The notes beneath the pieces are model-generated. The model had not been told where the DNA came from, did not search any database, and was given only the letters and a program-made list of their open reading frames with translations. The position numbers and the translations under genes were made by a program. Positions 47,830-58,155 of a stretch of 64,000 nt of DNA are shown piece after piece. Numbering within the stretch: the first letter of the stretch is position 1; every line of letters begins with the position of its first letter. The stretch comes from Acidimicrobiaceae bacterium (GTDB lineage Bacteria > Actinomycetota > Acidimicrobiia > Acidimicrobiales > Bog-793), in the NCBI GenBank assembly GCA_003140595.1, contig PLKG01000095.1, forward strand, positions 5,694 to 69,693, given 5' to 3'.

Positions 47830-48804
47830 GTGGACAAGACCTGGGTTCTCGCCGAGCAGCGCGATGGGACGCCGGCAGGCATCGTGCTCGAGCTGGTGAC
47901 CGCCGCCCGCGGCTTCGGCAGTGTAGTCGAGGCCGTCACTTGGGGCCCGGGCGGTGCGGGCGCGGCCGCTGTCCTCGGCCGCTACGGAGTGACCAAGCTG
48001 TACAACCTGGGTGACATCGGCGAGTCGCTGCCCGGTCCGAAGGTCGCAGCCGCCATCGCGGCCCAACTCGCCGCAGAAAGCCGTCCCGACGCCATTCTCA
48101 TCGGCGCCACCCACGACGGTCGTGACATCGCAGCGCGGCTGTCGGCGCGGCTCGACCTGCCGGTGCTCGCCAACGTCGTGGGCATGGACGCCTCGGGAGG
48201 GCGGTTGACCTCCGAGCACTCGATCTTCGGCGGCTCGACGGTGGTGCGGGCCGAGTTCACCGGCGCCGTCCCGGGCCTATTCATAGTCCAGGCGAAGTCG
48301 TTCGCCGCCGAGGCCGCCGAGGCGGCAGAGCAGCGGTCCCTTGAGATCGTCGAGGTCGAGGTTCCCGACACGGGACCGAGCGACGCCGCGAGAGTGGTCA
48401 CCCGTCACGAGGAGGAGCACAGCGGCCCCAAGCTCGACGAGGCCACAGTCGTCGTCTCCGGCGGCCGGGGTCTCGGCTCGCCCGGCAATTACGCGCTCAT
48501 CACCGAGCTTGCGCAGTTGTTGAACGGCGCCCCGGGCGCATCGCGCGCCGTCGTCGACGCCGGTTGGGCACCGTACGCGTTCCAGGTCGGCCAGACCGGC
48601 AAGACAGTGAAACCGGTGGTCTACATCGCCTGCGGGATCTCCGGAGCGACACTGCACGTGGTGGGCATGAGGGCCGCGCAGTACATCATCGCGGTCAACA
48701 AGGACCGGGAAGCTCCCATCTTCGCGATCGCGGACCTCGGTGTCGTTGGTGACGTGACCAAGGTGATCCCCAGGCTCATAGAGGCGATCAGGGCTCGCCG
48801 GTGA
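47830..48804 (+). CDS. etfA: Electron transfer flavoprotein alpha subunit
   Basis: VVSGGRG, GASRAVVDAGW, QVGQTGK, GISGA. Confidence 0.93.
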   Translation: MDKTWVLAEQRDGTPAGIVLELVTAARGFGSVVEAVTWGPGGAGAAAVLGRYGVTKLYNLGDIGESLPGPKVAAAIAAQLAAESRPDAILIGATHDGRDIAARLSARLDLPVLANVVGMDASGGRLTSEHSIFGGSTVVRAEFTGAVPGLFIVQAKSFAAEAAEAAEQRSLEIVEVEVPDTGPSDAARVVTRHEEEHSGPKLDEATVVVSGGRGLGSPGNYALITELAQLLNGAPGASRAVVDAGWAPYAFQVGQTGKTVKPVVYIACGISGATLHVVGMRAAQYIIAVNKDREAPIFAIADLGVVGDVTKVIPRLIEAIRARR

Positions 48805-49018
48805 GCCTGGTCGGCGTTGTTCTGCGTAGCGCTGACTTGGGTGCCGACAGGTCCACCTCAGCCCGGACTCAGGACGGGAGCGAGATCGAAGACTTGGCCT
48901 TCTCCGCGGAGCGTCACGATCCGGTCGGGCAATTCCTCGGTCTTTGAGGGGCTAGGGGCCCGGTGCGTTGATGAGTCTCTTCGCACGGCGCCGAGGCGCG
49001 GCGGTCGCTCGCGTCCAC

Positions 49019-50665
49019 TCAGCCGGTCGCGATGTACTTGTCCTGGGTCGTCAGGCTCAATGATGCGCCGGACGACCCGATCACCTCTTTGGCGGCTGCC
49101 GAGTTGAATAAGAGCGTGAACGAGTTCGAGTCGGACAAGCCCCCGCACGCAAGAATCTGTCCCGTCATAGCCGAGGAGTTCGAATAGCTCACTTCTCCCG
49201 GCGAGTACACCAGGGTGGCGATGTTCGACTCGAAGTCGACATAGCCGCTGAAGCTTGCGTCAAGAGACGAGGTGCTGCACGTCGAAGGCTGGCCCGCAAG
49301 GATCGTGAGATTGGGGCCGGGGGTCCCCGCAGACGAGCACGCGTAGGAGTTGGCACTCGACTCCTGGCAGAAGGTGTTGGAGCTCTGGAACGACACCGCC
49401 CCGATCTCGAGGATGGCGTCGCCCTGAGGAGAGGGGTTGAGTGCGAACACCTGCGAGTTCTGGTAGGTGACGGGACTTGCCGGCGTCCCGCACGTCGGCG
49501 CCTCGTAGACAGTCCGCGTGTTCTGATTCTCGAGCGCGGACTGGAACGGGTCAGGGAAGACAACCCTGCTCCCGCTGTCCTCGTTGTCGATGTTGGCGAA
49601 GTACGTGGCGCACGTGTAGCTGGAGTTCGGGATCGACACGATGTTCCAGCCCGTGCTCGGCAGGGTGATCGCAGGGAAGGCGATCACTGCGGGCATCGTC
49701 TGTGACGACAGCGCTGAGTCATTCGGGTTCTTGGTTCCCCCCAGGGTCCCGCCATTGGTGATGGAGATGGTGCCTGTCGCGTACGCGTTGCCGGCGATTC
49801 TCCCATTCGGCACTTCGATGCTCCCGTTGGTCTCGGTCGCGTTCCCGACGATGAGTGGATTTCCGCTAAGGCAGATCGAGTAGTACGGGGAGCCTCCGCT
49901 GCACGAGGTGCCGGCGGTGTTGCCCCCGTAGGAGATCACGTTGCCCGTGACCAGAGCGCTGCCCTGCATGTTCACCGGTCCTGCCGAAGTCAGGTTCCCT
50001 CCGAACGAGCACGTGCCAGACAGGACGATCCCTTGCGCATATTGGGTGACCAGGTTGCCTGTGCTCGCGGTCCCGTTTGCGCAGGTGACCTGTCCGCCGG
50101 CGTAGATGTCAGGAGTTGCCGTTCCGGTCTGCAGTGTGGCCGCGTCCACGAGATTGACGCTGTTCTCGGTGAAGATCGCATAGCCGAGTGCCGCGCTGGT
50201 CGAAGAGTTCACCACGATCCCGAGGTCCTCTCTCATGACGGCCGTGATGCCGTGGGGAGCCTTGCCAGAAGCGGTCAGAGTGGCGTTCGTAGGGGCGGTG
50301 ATGCCTCCTAGGGTGGTACCGACGGTAGGAGGACACGCCAGCTGCGTGCCGGCGGCCGAATAGGTCACGACCACTGCGTAGCTCGAGGTAGCTCCGGTCA
50401 CGCCGAGTGCGCCGGTGAGATCGCAGGGCAGGGCGCCGTAGGTCGAGGCGTTGCGCATCGCTGTGATCTCGGTGGCCAGTCCCGTCTGTGCCGCCATCTC
50501 CCCCTGGGCCTCTGCTGTGTAGCCATTCGACTGGGCGAGGCCGGCACGAGCTGACGCCAAGGCAGCGACCAGGGTCGTGATGAGCAGCAGCGCGACGATG
50601 AGCACGATCACGAGTGCTTGGCCGCTCTCGGTCCGTCGATCGTATATGCGAGCAAACGGGGGCAC
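49019..50665 (-). CDS. Large PilX/GspK-like minor pilin or adhesin
   Basis: ESG|QALVIVLIVALLL class III signal lacking Glu5; Gly/Asn/Thr-rich body with several Cys; SD GAGGAG. Confidence 0.75.
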   Translation of the reverse strand: MPPFARIYDRRTESGQALVIVLIVALLLITTLVAALASARAGLAQSNGYTAEAQGEMAAQTGLATEITAMRNASTYGALPCDLTGALGVTGATSSYAVVVTYSAAGTQLACPPTVGTTLGGITAPTNATLTASGKAPHGITAVMREDLGIVVNSSTSAALGYAIFTENSVNLVDAATLQTGTATPDIYAGGQVTCANGTASTGNLVTQYAQGIVLSGTCSFGGNLTSAGPVNMQGSALVTGNVISYGGNTAGTSCSGGSPYYSICLSGNPLIVGNATETNGSIEVPNGRIAGNAYATGTISITNGGTLGGTKNPNDSALSSQTMPAVIAFPAITLPSTGWNIVSIPNSSYTCATYFANIDNEDSGSRVVFPDPFQSALENQNTRTVYEAPTCGTPASPVTYQNSQVFALNPSPQGDAILEIGAVSFQSSNTFCQESSANSYACSSAGTPGPNLTILAGQPSTCSTSSLDASFSGYVDFESNIATLVYSPGEVSYSNSSAMTGQILACGGLSDSNSFTLLFNSAAAKEVIGSSGASLSLTTQDKYIATG

Positions 50666-50675
50666 CTTCAACTCC

Positions 50676-51365
50676 TCAACTCGTCGGTGCGGCACTTGTG
50701 GTCGTACAAGCCGGCGTGGTGGGCAACGACGAACTGGCCATGCTGAATGCCGAGACAGCCGAGCGGATCTCGAGCGTCTGCGACAAGCGGCCGGGATGCT
50801 CCTTCACCTGCAGGTCGATCGACAACTCCTGAGGCAAGCCCGGATTCGGAGTGCTGGTGAACGGTGTGACGGTCGAGTTGGAGATGCCCGTGGCGACCGT
50901 CACCCATCCTCCCCCCGCCGTCCCGGGGGTGTACCTGTCCTCCTGCAGCAGGCCCGAGGTCGTGTTGACCTGCCACTGTTCCCACCGCCAGGTTGACGTT
51001 GATGCGGAGGTGACCTGTTCGATCCTCAGCGCGAACCCGGACGCAGCGGTCAGCGGTGTCCCACTCTTCGGCGCCGTCAGCTGGGTCGGCAGGCACATCT
51101 GGCTTGCCGAGGCCACCTGCGTGCCGAGGTTCTGCATGGCCAGCTCCGCCTGAGCCGCTCCGGTCACTACGGCCCGTGCGCTCGAGGTCGCGGTCGTCGT
51201 CGTGGCGAGGATCGACGGGAGGAGGGACACGACGATCAAGAGAAGTGTCATGGAGACCACGACCTCGATCAGCGTGAACCCGCTCGAGTCGCCGCCTGCA
51301 TTGTGGTGCGAGGCACGGTGATGCTCGTTGGCGACCCTGCGGCGAACAGCTGGCTGTGAGGTCAC
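50676..51365 (-). CDS. PilW-like minor pilin
   Basis: SG|FTLIEVVVSMTLLLIV prepilin motif; GTGA overlap. Confidence 0.85.
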   Translation of the reverse strand: MTSQPAVRRRVANEHHRASHHNAGGDSSGFTLIEVVVSMTLLLIVVSLLPSILATTTTATSSARAVVTGAAQAELAMQNLGTQVASASQMCLPTQLTAPKSGTPLTAASGFALRIEQVTSASTSTWRWEQWQVNTTSGLLQEDRYTPGTAGGGWVTVATGISNSTVTPFTSTPNPGLPQELSIDLQVKEHPGRLSQTLEIRSAVSAFSMASSSLPTTPACTTTSAAPTS

Positions 51366-51976
51366 GGCGCTGCGATCCCGTCTTCGCCGACGACCTGGTC
51401 CTTGCCACCGGTCGGTGACTTCCATGTCACGATGACGACAACGGTCACGAGGCCGGGAGTAGAGGTGCTCGTCGTCGGGTAGGTGTCAACCGTGTAATTG
51501 ATTCCCTCGAGGACAGCAGTGACGTGGGGGACAAGGGGTGGCTCGGAGCTGTTCGTGTTGGACACCGGGATCGTCGATGCCGCCGTCGGGGCGATATTGC
51601 CGTGCAACTCCAGCATGTAGCTTGAGCCGGACTTGACGATGTTGGGGTCGTTCGCCAAGGAGTCAGCGGTCGGGTTGAGCCCACTCACAAGGTAGGGGAA
51701 CGGGAGCGCGACCGCTTGTGCCATGGCGGCACTCATGATGCCGGTGGCGTCCGACCGCTCCTTACCGATCGAGGCCGCAGACAGACTCCCGATCGCTCCC
51801 CTGGTCGCGGCCAGCAAGATGATGGCGAGAAGCGTGATGCCAAGCAGCGTCTCGATCAGGGTGGATCCCCGATCGTCGCAGCCTGAAGGGCGAAATCGGG
51901 CAAAACGAGGGTGCTTGTGGGCGAACTGCATACGGCCCTTCCCTATGGGCCGAAAGCGCCTCGAACAACTTTTCAT
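51362..51976 (-). CDS. PilV-like minor pilin
   Basis: RG|STLIETLLGITLLAII; C-terminal VTVVVIVTW. Confidence 0.82.
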   Translation of the reverse strand: MKSCSRRFRPIGKGRMQFAHKHPRFARFRPSGCDDRGSTLIETLLGITLLAIILLAATRGAIGSLSAASIGKERSDATGIMSAAMAQAVALPFPYLVSGLNPTADSLANDPNIVKSGSSYMLELHGNIAPTAASTIPVSNTNSSEPPLVPHVTAVLEGINYTVDTYPTTSTSTPGLVTVVVIVTWKSPTGGKDQVVGEDGIAAP

Positions 51977-51997
51977 CGCTCCCTCTTCCAACTAGTT

Positions 51998-52025
51998 GTA
52001 TCGGCGCCCTGAGCTGCGGACTGAA
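51998..52025 (-). promoter_or_regulatory. Sigma28 (FliA/WhiG)-type promoter
   Basis: TTCAG-N15-GCCGATAC, ending 21 nt before the pilin ATG. Confidence 0.65.
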
Positions 52026-52802
52026 CCTCGACATTTGACGACTCGGCCAACGTGGGCAATATCGGTAGGTGAGTCCGCCATGTCCTACGCCTGATGTTTG
52101 AATGTGCAGCCCTGAATTATGGTCCGACCCTGGCCCCAAGCGTGCGTCCGTGGTGCCCGCGCGAAGGCTGAACAGCTGGTCCAAGCCTCGGATGCACCCC
52201 AAAGGATCAGCCGATTGGTGGGCCCGACTCCTTCCCGCAGTGCAAAAATGTCTCCCGGTTCGCCGGACGATTTTCCGATTCACTGGGTTGCAATTCGATC
52301 AATGTTTTGACCGGGTCGTCAGAGAGTCTGGTCGCTTATTTTTGGGCTCCGCCTGGTCGAACCTGGGGACTTACGCCCGCTAAATCCAGGTCAACCAAGA
52401 GTCCGACAAATTCGGAATGTGAACTCGAAGTTCGGTGCGATCTGGCAAGGAGTTCCTCGACACAGCCGAGCTCGGTCGGACGGTCATCGATGCTCGAGGC
52501 ATTCTTGTAGGAAGCGTGCAGCTCGCCGGGGCCCGCCGTTTTCGACCCTCCTCAGGTGCGACCCCAAGCGTGTCGGCACTGGCCCGACAGCCCAACCGCG
52601 ACAGGTCGCGTCCCAACAACGCTCGCTCGTCCGGCCCCGGCCGGCGCGGGCCTGAACGACATGGAGCGGGAACGCCCCTTGTCATCTGGGCCGAAAAGGG
52701 GCTGAAAGCCTCCACCCGTTGAGGCCAAAGGATATGTATCGTCGGTCGGCCGAAGGTATACGCGACCCGCGTTGCCAGAGCGCGCACGAAGGACTTCACC
52801 GG

Positions 52803-54236
52803 TTGCTGTTCCCGACAACTGATTTCGCAATCTTCTTCGGGATCGTCTTCGTCGGCAACTGGCTGCTCGCGCCTTTCCCCAAGCGCTGGCGCGTGTTCAT
52901 TCTCATCGCCAGCTACGTGTTCTACGGATGGTGGGACTGGCGGTTCGTGTTCCTCCTCGCGATATCCACGCTGTGCACGGTTGTTGGAGGTCGCCTGGTC
53001 CACCGGTCCGGGGTGGCGTCGGCCCGGCGGGCCTGGTTGATAGCGACCGTCGCCGCCGAGCTGTGCCTGCTGGGCTGGTTCAAGTACGCAGGGTGGTTGA
53101 GCCTCAATCTCGACAACGTGGTCCACCACCTCGGGATGGGCGACCCGATCCCGTTGATCCAAGTCACGCTTCCCGTCGGTATCTCGTTCTTCACCTTCAT
53201 GGGTCTGTCCTACGTGATCGACATCTACCGGGGGAGCCTGGAGCCCTCACCGTGGTTGGACGTGGCGGTCTTCGTTGCGTTTTTCCCGCACCTGGTTGCC
53301 GGGCCGATCGTGCGCGGGTCCGACCTCTTGCCCCAGATCCGCAGAGCTCACCGACGCGACCCGCGCAGGATTGCGCTCCCAAAGGCCGCGTACCTCATCT
53401 TCGGCGGCCTGTTCAAGAAAGTCGTGCTCTCCAGCTACGTCTCATCCCAGATCGTTGACCCGGTGTTCGCAAACCCTCACACGCACTCGTCGTTCGAGGT
53501 TCTGCTGGCTATTTATGGCTATGCGGTGCAGATCTACTGCGACTTCAGTGGCTACACCGACATAGCCATCGGCTGTGCCCTCCTGCTCGGCTTTCGTTTC
53601 CCCGAGAACTTCAATGCCCCTTACACCGCCCGGTCCTTGCAGGACTTCTGGCGACGGTGGCACATCACCTTGTCCCTGTGGCTTCGCGACTACCTGTACA
53701 TCCCTCTCGGGGGCAACCAGGGATCGCGGGCCACGATGTATCGCAACATCATGGTCACGATGGTGCTCGGGGGACTGTGGCACGGCGCGGCCTGGACCTT
53801 TGTCGCGTGGGGCACTCTTCACGGGCTGGGACAGTGCACAGGCCACTACCGTCGCGCCAAACGTGTCGAGAGGGGGCTCTCGCCTCAACGAGAGGGCCGC
53901 GGCTGGATCGCATGGGAACGGTTCGCGACCTTCCAGCTCGTCTGCGTGGGATGGGTCTTCTTCCGGGCCACCTCGTTCGCCAACGCGTTCGCAATGTTCG
54001 GCCGATTGTTCACCGGTTGGAGCCAGCCCTCGCCCCTGGTGAATTTCGCGGTGCTGCTCGTGATCGCCGTCGGTATTGGGTCCCAGTACGTACCCCCGGC
54101 CTTGCCGCTCCGCGCGCAAGAGGTGTTCTCGCGCCTTAGCGTGTACGCCCAGGGCGCGGTGCTTGCCGCTGTCCTGCTGGTCATCACGACCCTTGGTCCT
54201 CCGGGTGTCGCGCCGTTCATCTACTTCCGCTTTTGA
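52803..54236 (+). CDS. MBOAT O-acetyltransferase (AlgI/PatA-like)
   Basis: LPVGISFFTF, FFPHLVAGPI, QIYCDFSGYTD, FWRRWH, GLWHGA. Confidence 0.95.
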   Translation: MLFPTTDFAIFFGIVFVGNWLLAPFPKRWRVFILIASYVFYGWWDWRFVFLLAISTLCTVVGGRLVHRSGVASARRAWLIATVAAELCLLGWFKYAGWLSLNLDNVVHHLGMGDPIPLIQVTLPVGISFFTFMGLSYVIDIYRGSLEPSPWLDVAVFVAFFPHLVAGPIVRGSDLLPQIRRAHRRDPRRIALPKAAYLIFGGLFKKVVLSSYVSSQIVDPVFANPHTHSSFEVLLAIYGYAVQIYCDFSGYTDIAIGCALLLGFRFPENFNAPYTARSLQDFWRRWHITLSLWLRDYLYIPLGGNQGSRATMYRNIMVTMVLGGLWHGAAWTFVAWGTLHGLGQCTGHYRRAKRVERGLSPQREGRGWIAWERFATFQLVCVGWVFFRATSFANAFAMFGRLFTGWSQPSPLVNFAVLLVIAVGIGSQYVPPALPLRAQEVFSRLSVYAQGAVLAAVLLVITTLGPPGVAPFIYFRF

Positions 54237-54272
54237 GACTGGGATGATCTTGTCGAAGGTGGCACGAGCTAG

Positions 54273-55577
54273 TTGACGAACTCGCGAAACACACCCGGAT
54301 CGGCCGGCCGCGAGCCGAGCCGAAAAGGCCAGCAGCGCCCGGTGAGGCGCGCAAGTCAGGCCAGGTCCGGACCGGTCCCGACGCGACGGTCGGGCACATC
54401 GGCGCGGGCCCGCTCGGCCCGGCTCGGTGTCACCACGAAGGCCGCCCGCTCCACGGACCCGAGAGGGCGGTTGAGTGCACATGGTGAGGGCGCGCCGACT
54501 GACAAGAGAAGACGGGCGTCGGCGGGCCGCATAATCGCGGTAGGTCTCGTCTGCTTTGGGGTCTGGCTCTTCTTCGACGCGAACCAGCTGTACCACTCTG
54601 CCGAGGCCGGCCAGATCGGGGTCCGCAGAACTGTGGCGATGTCCCTCCTCCGCCCGATCGCCGCGTTCGCCGGCGCGATCGGGTTCTCCGGACCTGTGAA
54701 CGCCGCCGACTCAGCCTTGGGGAGATGCGGCATCGGCGGGGCACCTGCGTGCGACACTGGTCCGCTGACCACCGTCGTCCCCGTGGTCGCCCCCTTGCCG
54801 CGACCGGTGGGTTATCTCGGCCTCGGTGCTGCGCCGCATCTCGGGCCCGGGGTCCACTACATCCCCCCACCGCCCCCGCCGGTGGTGCCAGCCGGGCCGC
54901 CGCCGCTCGTTTCCCCTACGCCGTCTCGCCCGATGACCCTGCTCTCGATCGGGGACTCTGTGGGGGAGGACCTCGGTTTCGGCCTCGGAGACGTCTTCTC
55001 CCAGGACCTGGCGGTACGCGTCGTCCAAAAGGGTCTCGAGGACACGGGCTTGGCGCGGATCGACTACTACAACTGGCCGGTGACCCTCGAAACCGAGTTG
55101 AGGCGCTACCACCCGGAGATCGTGGTCGTGATGCTCGGTGCCAACGACATGCAGTCGTTCTCGGTCGGCAACGGACGTTACCTGTTGTTCTCGATGGCCT
55201 CGGCGACTTGGTGGCGGGCGTACGCGGCCAGGGTCGCGCTCGTCATGGAAGAGGCAACCTCGGCCGGTGCCCACGTGATGTGGGTCGGATTACCGCCGAT
55301 GGGGGCCGCCTCGACCGTGCCGGCAGGCTTCCCACAGAAATTGGACCGGGTCTTCCTCATCGAGGCACGTCGGCACCCGGGCGTGACCTACTACCCCTCT
55401 GACAAGGTTCTCGCCACGCGGCGGGGAGGCTTCATCATGTGGCTCTCGGTCAACGGATCGTACGAGCAGATCCGTTCGAGCGACGGCGTGCACCTTCTTC
55501 CGGCCGGCTACGACCTGCTCGCCAAGGCGCTCGTGCAGCCCATGGAGCGTGCCTGGAACGTGAACTTGCACCTCTGA
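54273..55577 (+). CDS. DUF459/SGNH-family acetyltransferase (PatB-like)
   Basis: IGDS, GLARIDYYNW, LGAND, DGVH; TM anchor and Pro-rich linker. Confidence 0.85.
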   Translation: MTNSRNTPGSAGREPSRKGQQRPVRRASQARSGPVPTRRSGTSARARSARLGVTTKAARSTDPRGRLSAHGEGAPTDKRRRASAGRIIAVGLVCFGVWLFFDANQLYHSAEAGQIGVRRTVAMSLLRPIAAFAGAIGFSGPVNAADSALGRCGIGGAPACDTGPLTTVVPVVAPLPRPVGYLGLGAAPHLGPGVHYIPPPPPPVVPAGPPPLVSPTPSRPMTLLSIGDSVGEDLGFGLGDVFSQDLAVRVVQKGLEDTGLARIDYYNWPVTLETELRRYHPEIVVVMLGANDMQSFSVGNGRYLLFSMASATWWRAYAARVALVMEEATSAGAHVMWVGLPPMGAASTVPAGFPQKLDRVFLIEARRHPGVTYYPSDKVLATRRGGFIMWLSVNGSYEQIRSSDGVHLLPAGYDLLAKALVQPMERAWNVNLHL

Positions 55578-55624
55578 TCGGAGGTTCGCGGACACCGGCT
55601 CGTGACCCAGGTGCACCTTGAGCG

Positions 55625-56110
55625 CTACGTGTGCTCCTCGGCGCGTGCCCGGGACCGCTCGATCTCCAGTTCGGCCGCCTCGCGTCCGGCCCAGGTGGCT
55701 CCTTCGACCGACTTGCCGGGCTCGAGGTCCTTGTAGACCTCGAAGAAGTGCTGGATCTCGAGCCGGTCGAATTCCGGGAGATGGCGCAGATCCTGGAGGT
55801 GCTCGAGGCGGGGATCGTGTGCCGGGACCGCGATTATCTTGTCGTCCGGGCCCTTCTCGTCGGTCATCCGGAACATGCCGATTGCCCGGGACCGTACGAC
55901 GCAGCCCGGAAACGTGGGCTCCTCGACTAGCACCAGAGCATCGAGAGGGTCGCCGTCCTGGCCCAGCGTGCCGTCGATGAAGCCGTAATCGGCCGGGTAA
56001 CGAGTCGAGGTGAACAGCATCCGGTCGAGGTAGATCCGACCGGTGACGTGGTCCATCTCGTACTTGTTGCGCTGGCCCTTGGGAATTTCAACGACGACCT
56101 CGAACTCCAT
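55625..56110 (-). CDS. ppa: Inorganic pyrophosphatase
   Basis: [33 protein letters not shown]. Confidence 0.96.
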   Translation of the reverse strand: MEFEVVVEIPKGQRNKYEMDHVTGRIYLDRMLFTSTRYPADYGFIDGTLGQDGDPLDALVLVEEPTFPGCVVRSRAIGMFRMTDEKGPDDKIIAVPAHDPRLEHLQDLRHLPEFDRLEIQHFFEVYKDLEPGKSVEGATWAGREAAELEIERSRARAEEHT

Positions 56111-56239
56111 CGGCGACCTCGTCCTTGGCACGGGCAGGTGGACAGTGGACGCGGACGCTATCAGCCTTCCGCCGATGCGGGCGCGGCCCGACCCGTTGAC
56201 GCCGAGCTGTGAAGCCTGCCGGCGGCCGGGAGCGATCCC

Positions 56240-57070
56240 TCAGTGCGCGACGCTTCGCTTGAGCAGCTCGACGAGCGGACCTCCGAGGCCCGGAGCAGCG
56301 ACGACGACGGTCGAGGACCCGTCGGCCAGCCCTTCGACCAGGTTGACTGTGGCCCCGGCCTCGCGGGCGACAACCTCGCCCGCTGTGAGATCCCACGGTC
56401 GCAGCCAGGCCTCGTAGAAGGCGTCGAAGCGCCCGCACGCCACTGCGCATATGTCGAGCGCCGCCGAACCGCGGCGGCGGATGTCCCGCACCGCGGGCAG
56501 GATGACCGGGATCATGCGCGCCTGATCGGCCCGGTCTTTGGACACATAGGTGAAACCGGTGCCGACGAGCGCTTCGGCGAGGGTCCGGCCCGAGGGCTCG
56601 AGCCGGAGGGTGCGGCCGTTCAGCGTCGCTCCCTCTCCTTCGCAGGCGGCGAACATCTCACCGTTCACCGGATTGTGGACGGCTCCCACGATGCTTCGCC
56701 CGTCCACACGAGCACCTATCGAGACCGAGAACTCCTCTATCCCATAGAGGTAGTTGATCGTTCCGTCGAGCGGATCGATGACCCAGGTGACGCCGGTGGA
56801 ACCAGCACGGGAGCTGCCCTCTTCGCCGAGCACGCCGTCGTCCGGCCGAGCGCGCAGCAAAGCGCTGACGATCAGCTCCTCACTGTTGCGGTCGACCTCG
56901 GTCACAAGATCGGTCGGGCTCGACTTCGAGGAGGCACCGGTGGCGAGCAGGATCCCCCCGGCAACCCTCTCCAGCCCTGCGCGAAGGACTCTACCGGCAG
57001 CTTCGGCAACCTCTTGTGCGAGCTCGAGGAGCTCAGATTTCTCATAGCGGCCCGGGCTCGGCGCGGTCAT
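56240..57070 (-). CDS. suhB: Inositol monophosphatase family protein
   Basis: DLVTEVD, GEEG, WVIDPLDGTINY, GSAALD, PWD. Confidence 0.9.
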   Translation of the reverse strand: MTAPSPGRYEKSELLELAQEVAEAAGRVLRAGLERVAGGILLATGASSKSSPTDLVTEVDRNSEELIVSALLRARPDDGVLGEEGSSRAGSTGVTWVIDPLDGTINYLYGIEEFSVSIGARVDGRSIVGAVHNPVNGEMFAACEGEGATLNGRTLRLEPSGRTLAEALVGTGFTYVSKDRADQARMIPVILPAVRDIRRRGSAALDICAVACGRFDAFYEAWLRPWDLTAGEVVAREAGATVNLVEGLADGSSTVVVAAPGLGGPLVELLKRSVAH

Positions 57071-58155
57071 GGCGTACGAGCCGGGCGGCGTGCGACGGCG
57101 GGCGAGTGCATGCGGGTGTGCGAGAGCTGGGCCAGGCGCGCGACGAGTACCTCGATCACGAGTTCGTCCGGCCAGGCCAGCACTCCGCGAAGATCGTGGT
57201 CGGCATCGGCGACCAGGCTAACCGCGCGGGCGATGCGGGCTATGCCGAGCCTTGACCCCTGGGTGAAGACCTTGCGCGCCGGGTACGGAGGCATTCCGAG
57301 CACCGAAGCCGCCTCGGCCGGATCGGTTATGCCGCTCCCGTCGAGGCGCAGCATCGACGCATAGTGCTTGTGCAAGGTGGCGAGCAGCTGGAAGGGATGG
57401 CGACCTCCGGGTCCGAGCAGGCGGCGTGCGGCCTTCACCGCCTTGGCCACCTCGCCGTTGTCGAGCGCCTCGGTGAGCTCCCAAGGCGGCGCTCCGCCCT
57501 CATCGCCGAGAAACGGTTCGAGTTCGATCGGGGTGAGCCTCGCGCCCTCGCCGTACGCGGCGGTGAGAATTTCAAATAGCGCGTGCAGGCGCGAGACGTC
57601 CTCGCCGAGGTGGCCCTCGAGAAGGTGGCGGGCGGCCGGGTCCAGGTGAACCGGCGCGGTCTGCAACTGCTCGCTCAGCCACTGGGTGCGCGCCTTGCCT
57701 GAGGAACCGGGCGAGGTGTCGATCTCGCGTGATCGTGACTTGACAGCCTTGGCGAGGCCGGCGGGCAACGCCTTTGCGGCAATGGCGAGCACGAGGACGT
57801 TCGGCGCGAACGGTTCAGAGATCCTTGAAGCGAGCTCGGCGGCCTGGGAGGCGTCGAGGTTCTCCGCATCGCGGAGCACCACGATACGGCGATCGGCCAG
57901 GAACGCAGGTGTGTACAGCGCGTCAGTGACCGGACCGATCACGTCCTCGTCGCTGTTGGACGCCCGATGATCTTCGATCGCGACAGCGAGGTTCCCTCTC
58001 GCGCCGGTCGGGTCCTGCGCCTCGGCGCCCGTGGCCTCCGGTGAGGTCAGTTCGGCGAGCAGCAGTTCGACGCCACGATCCACGAGGGCAGGCTCACTGC
58101 CCTTGACGACAAAGACCGCAGGGGAGTCACCGGCCCGGGCGGTCGTGGCGGTCAT
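57067..58155 (-). CDS. holA: DNA polymerase III delta subunit
   Basis: TPAFLADRRIVVLR, PPWELTEALD, ADADHDLRG, EVLVARLA. Confidence 0.85.
   Translation of the reverse strand: MTATTARAGDSPAVFVVKGSEPALVDRGVELLLAELTSPEATGAEAQDPTGARGNLAVAIEDHRASNSDEDVIGPVTDALYTPAFLADRRIVVLRDAENLDASQAAELASRISEPFAPNVLVLAIAAKALPAGLAKAVKSRSREIDTSPGSSGKARTQWLSEQLQTAPVHLDPAARHLLEGHLGEDVSRLHALFEILTAAYGEGARLTPIELEPFLGDEGGAPPWELTEALDNGEVAKAVKAARRLLGPGGRHPFQLLATLHKHYASMLRLDGSGITDPAEAASVLGMPPYPARKVFTQGSRLGIARIARAVSLVADADHDLRGVLAWPDELVIEVLVARLAQLSHTRMHSPAVARRPARTP

Noticed and set aside
52102..52722. Small ORFs between the pilins and the MBOAT gene
   Set aside because: No motifs or clear SD, and mutually overlapping frames
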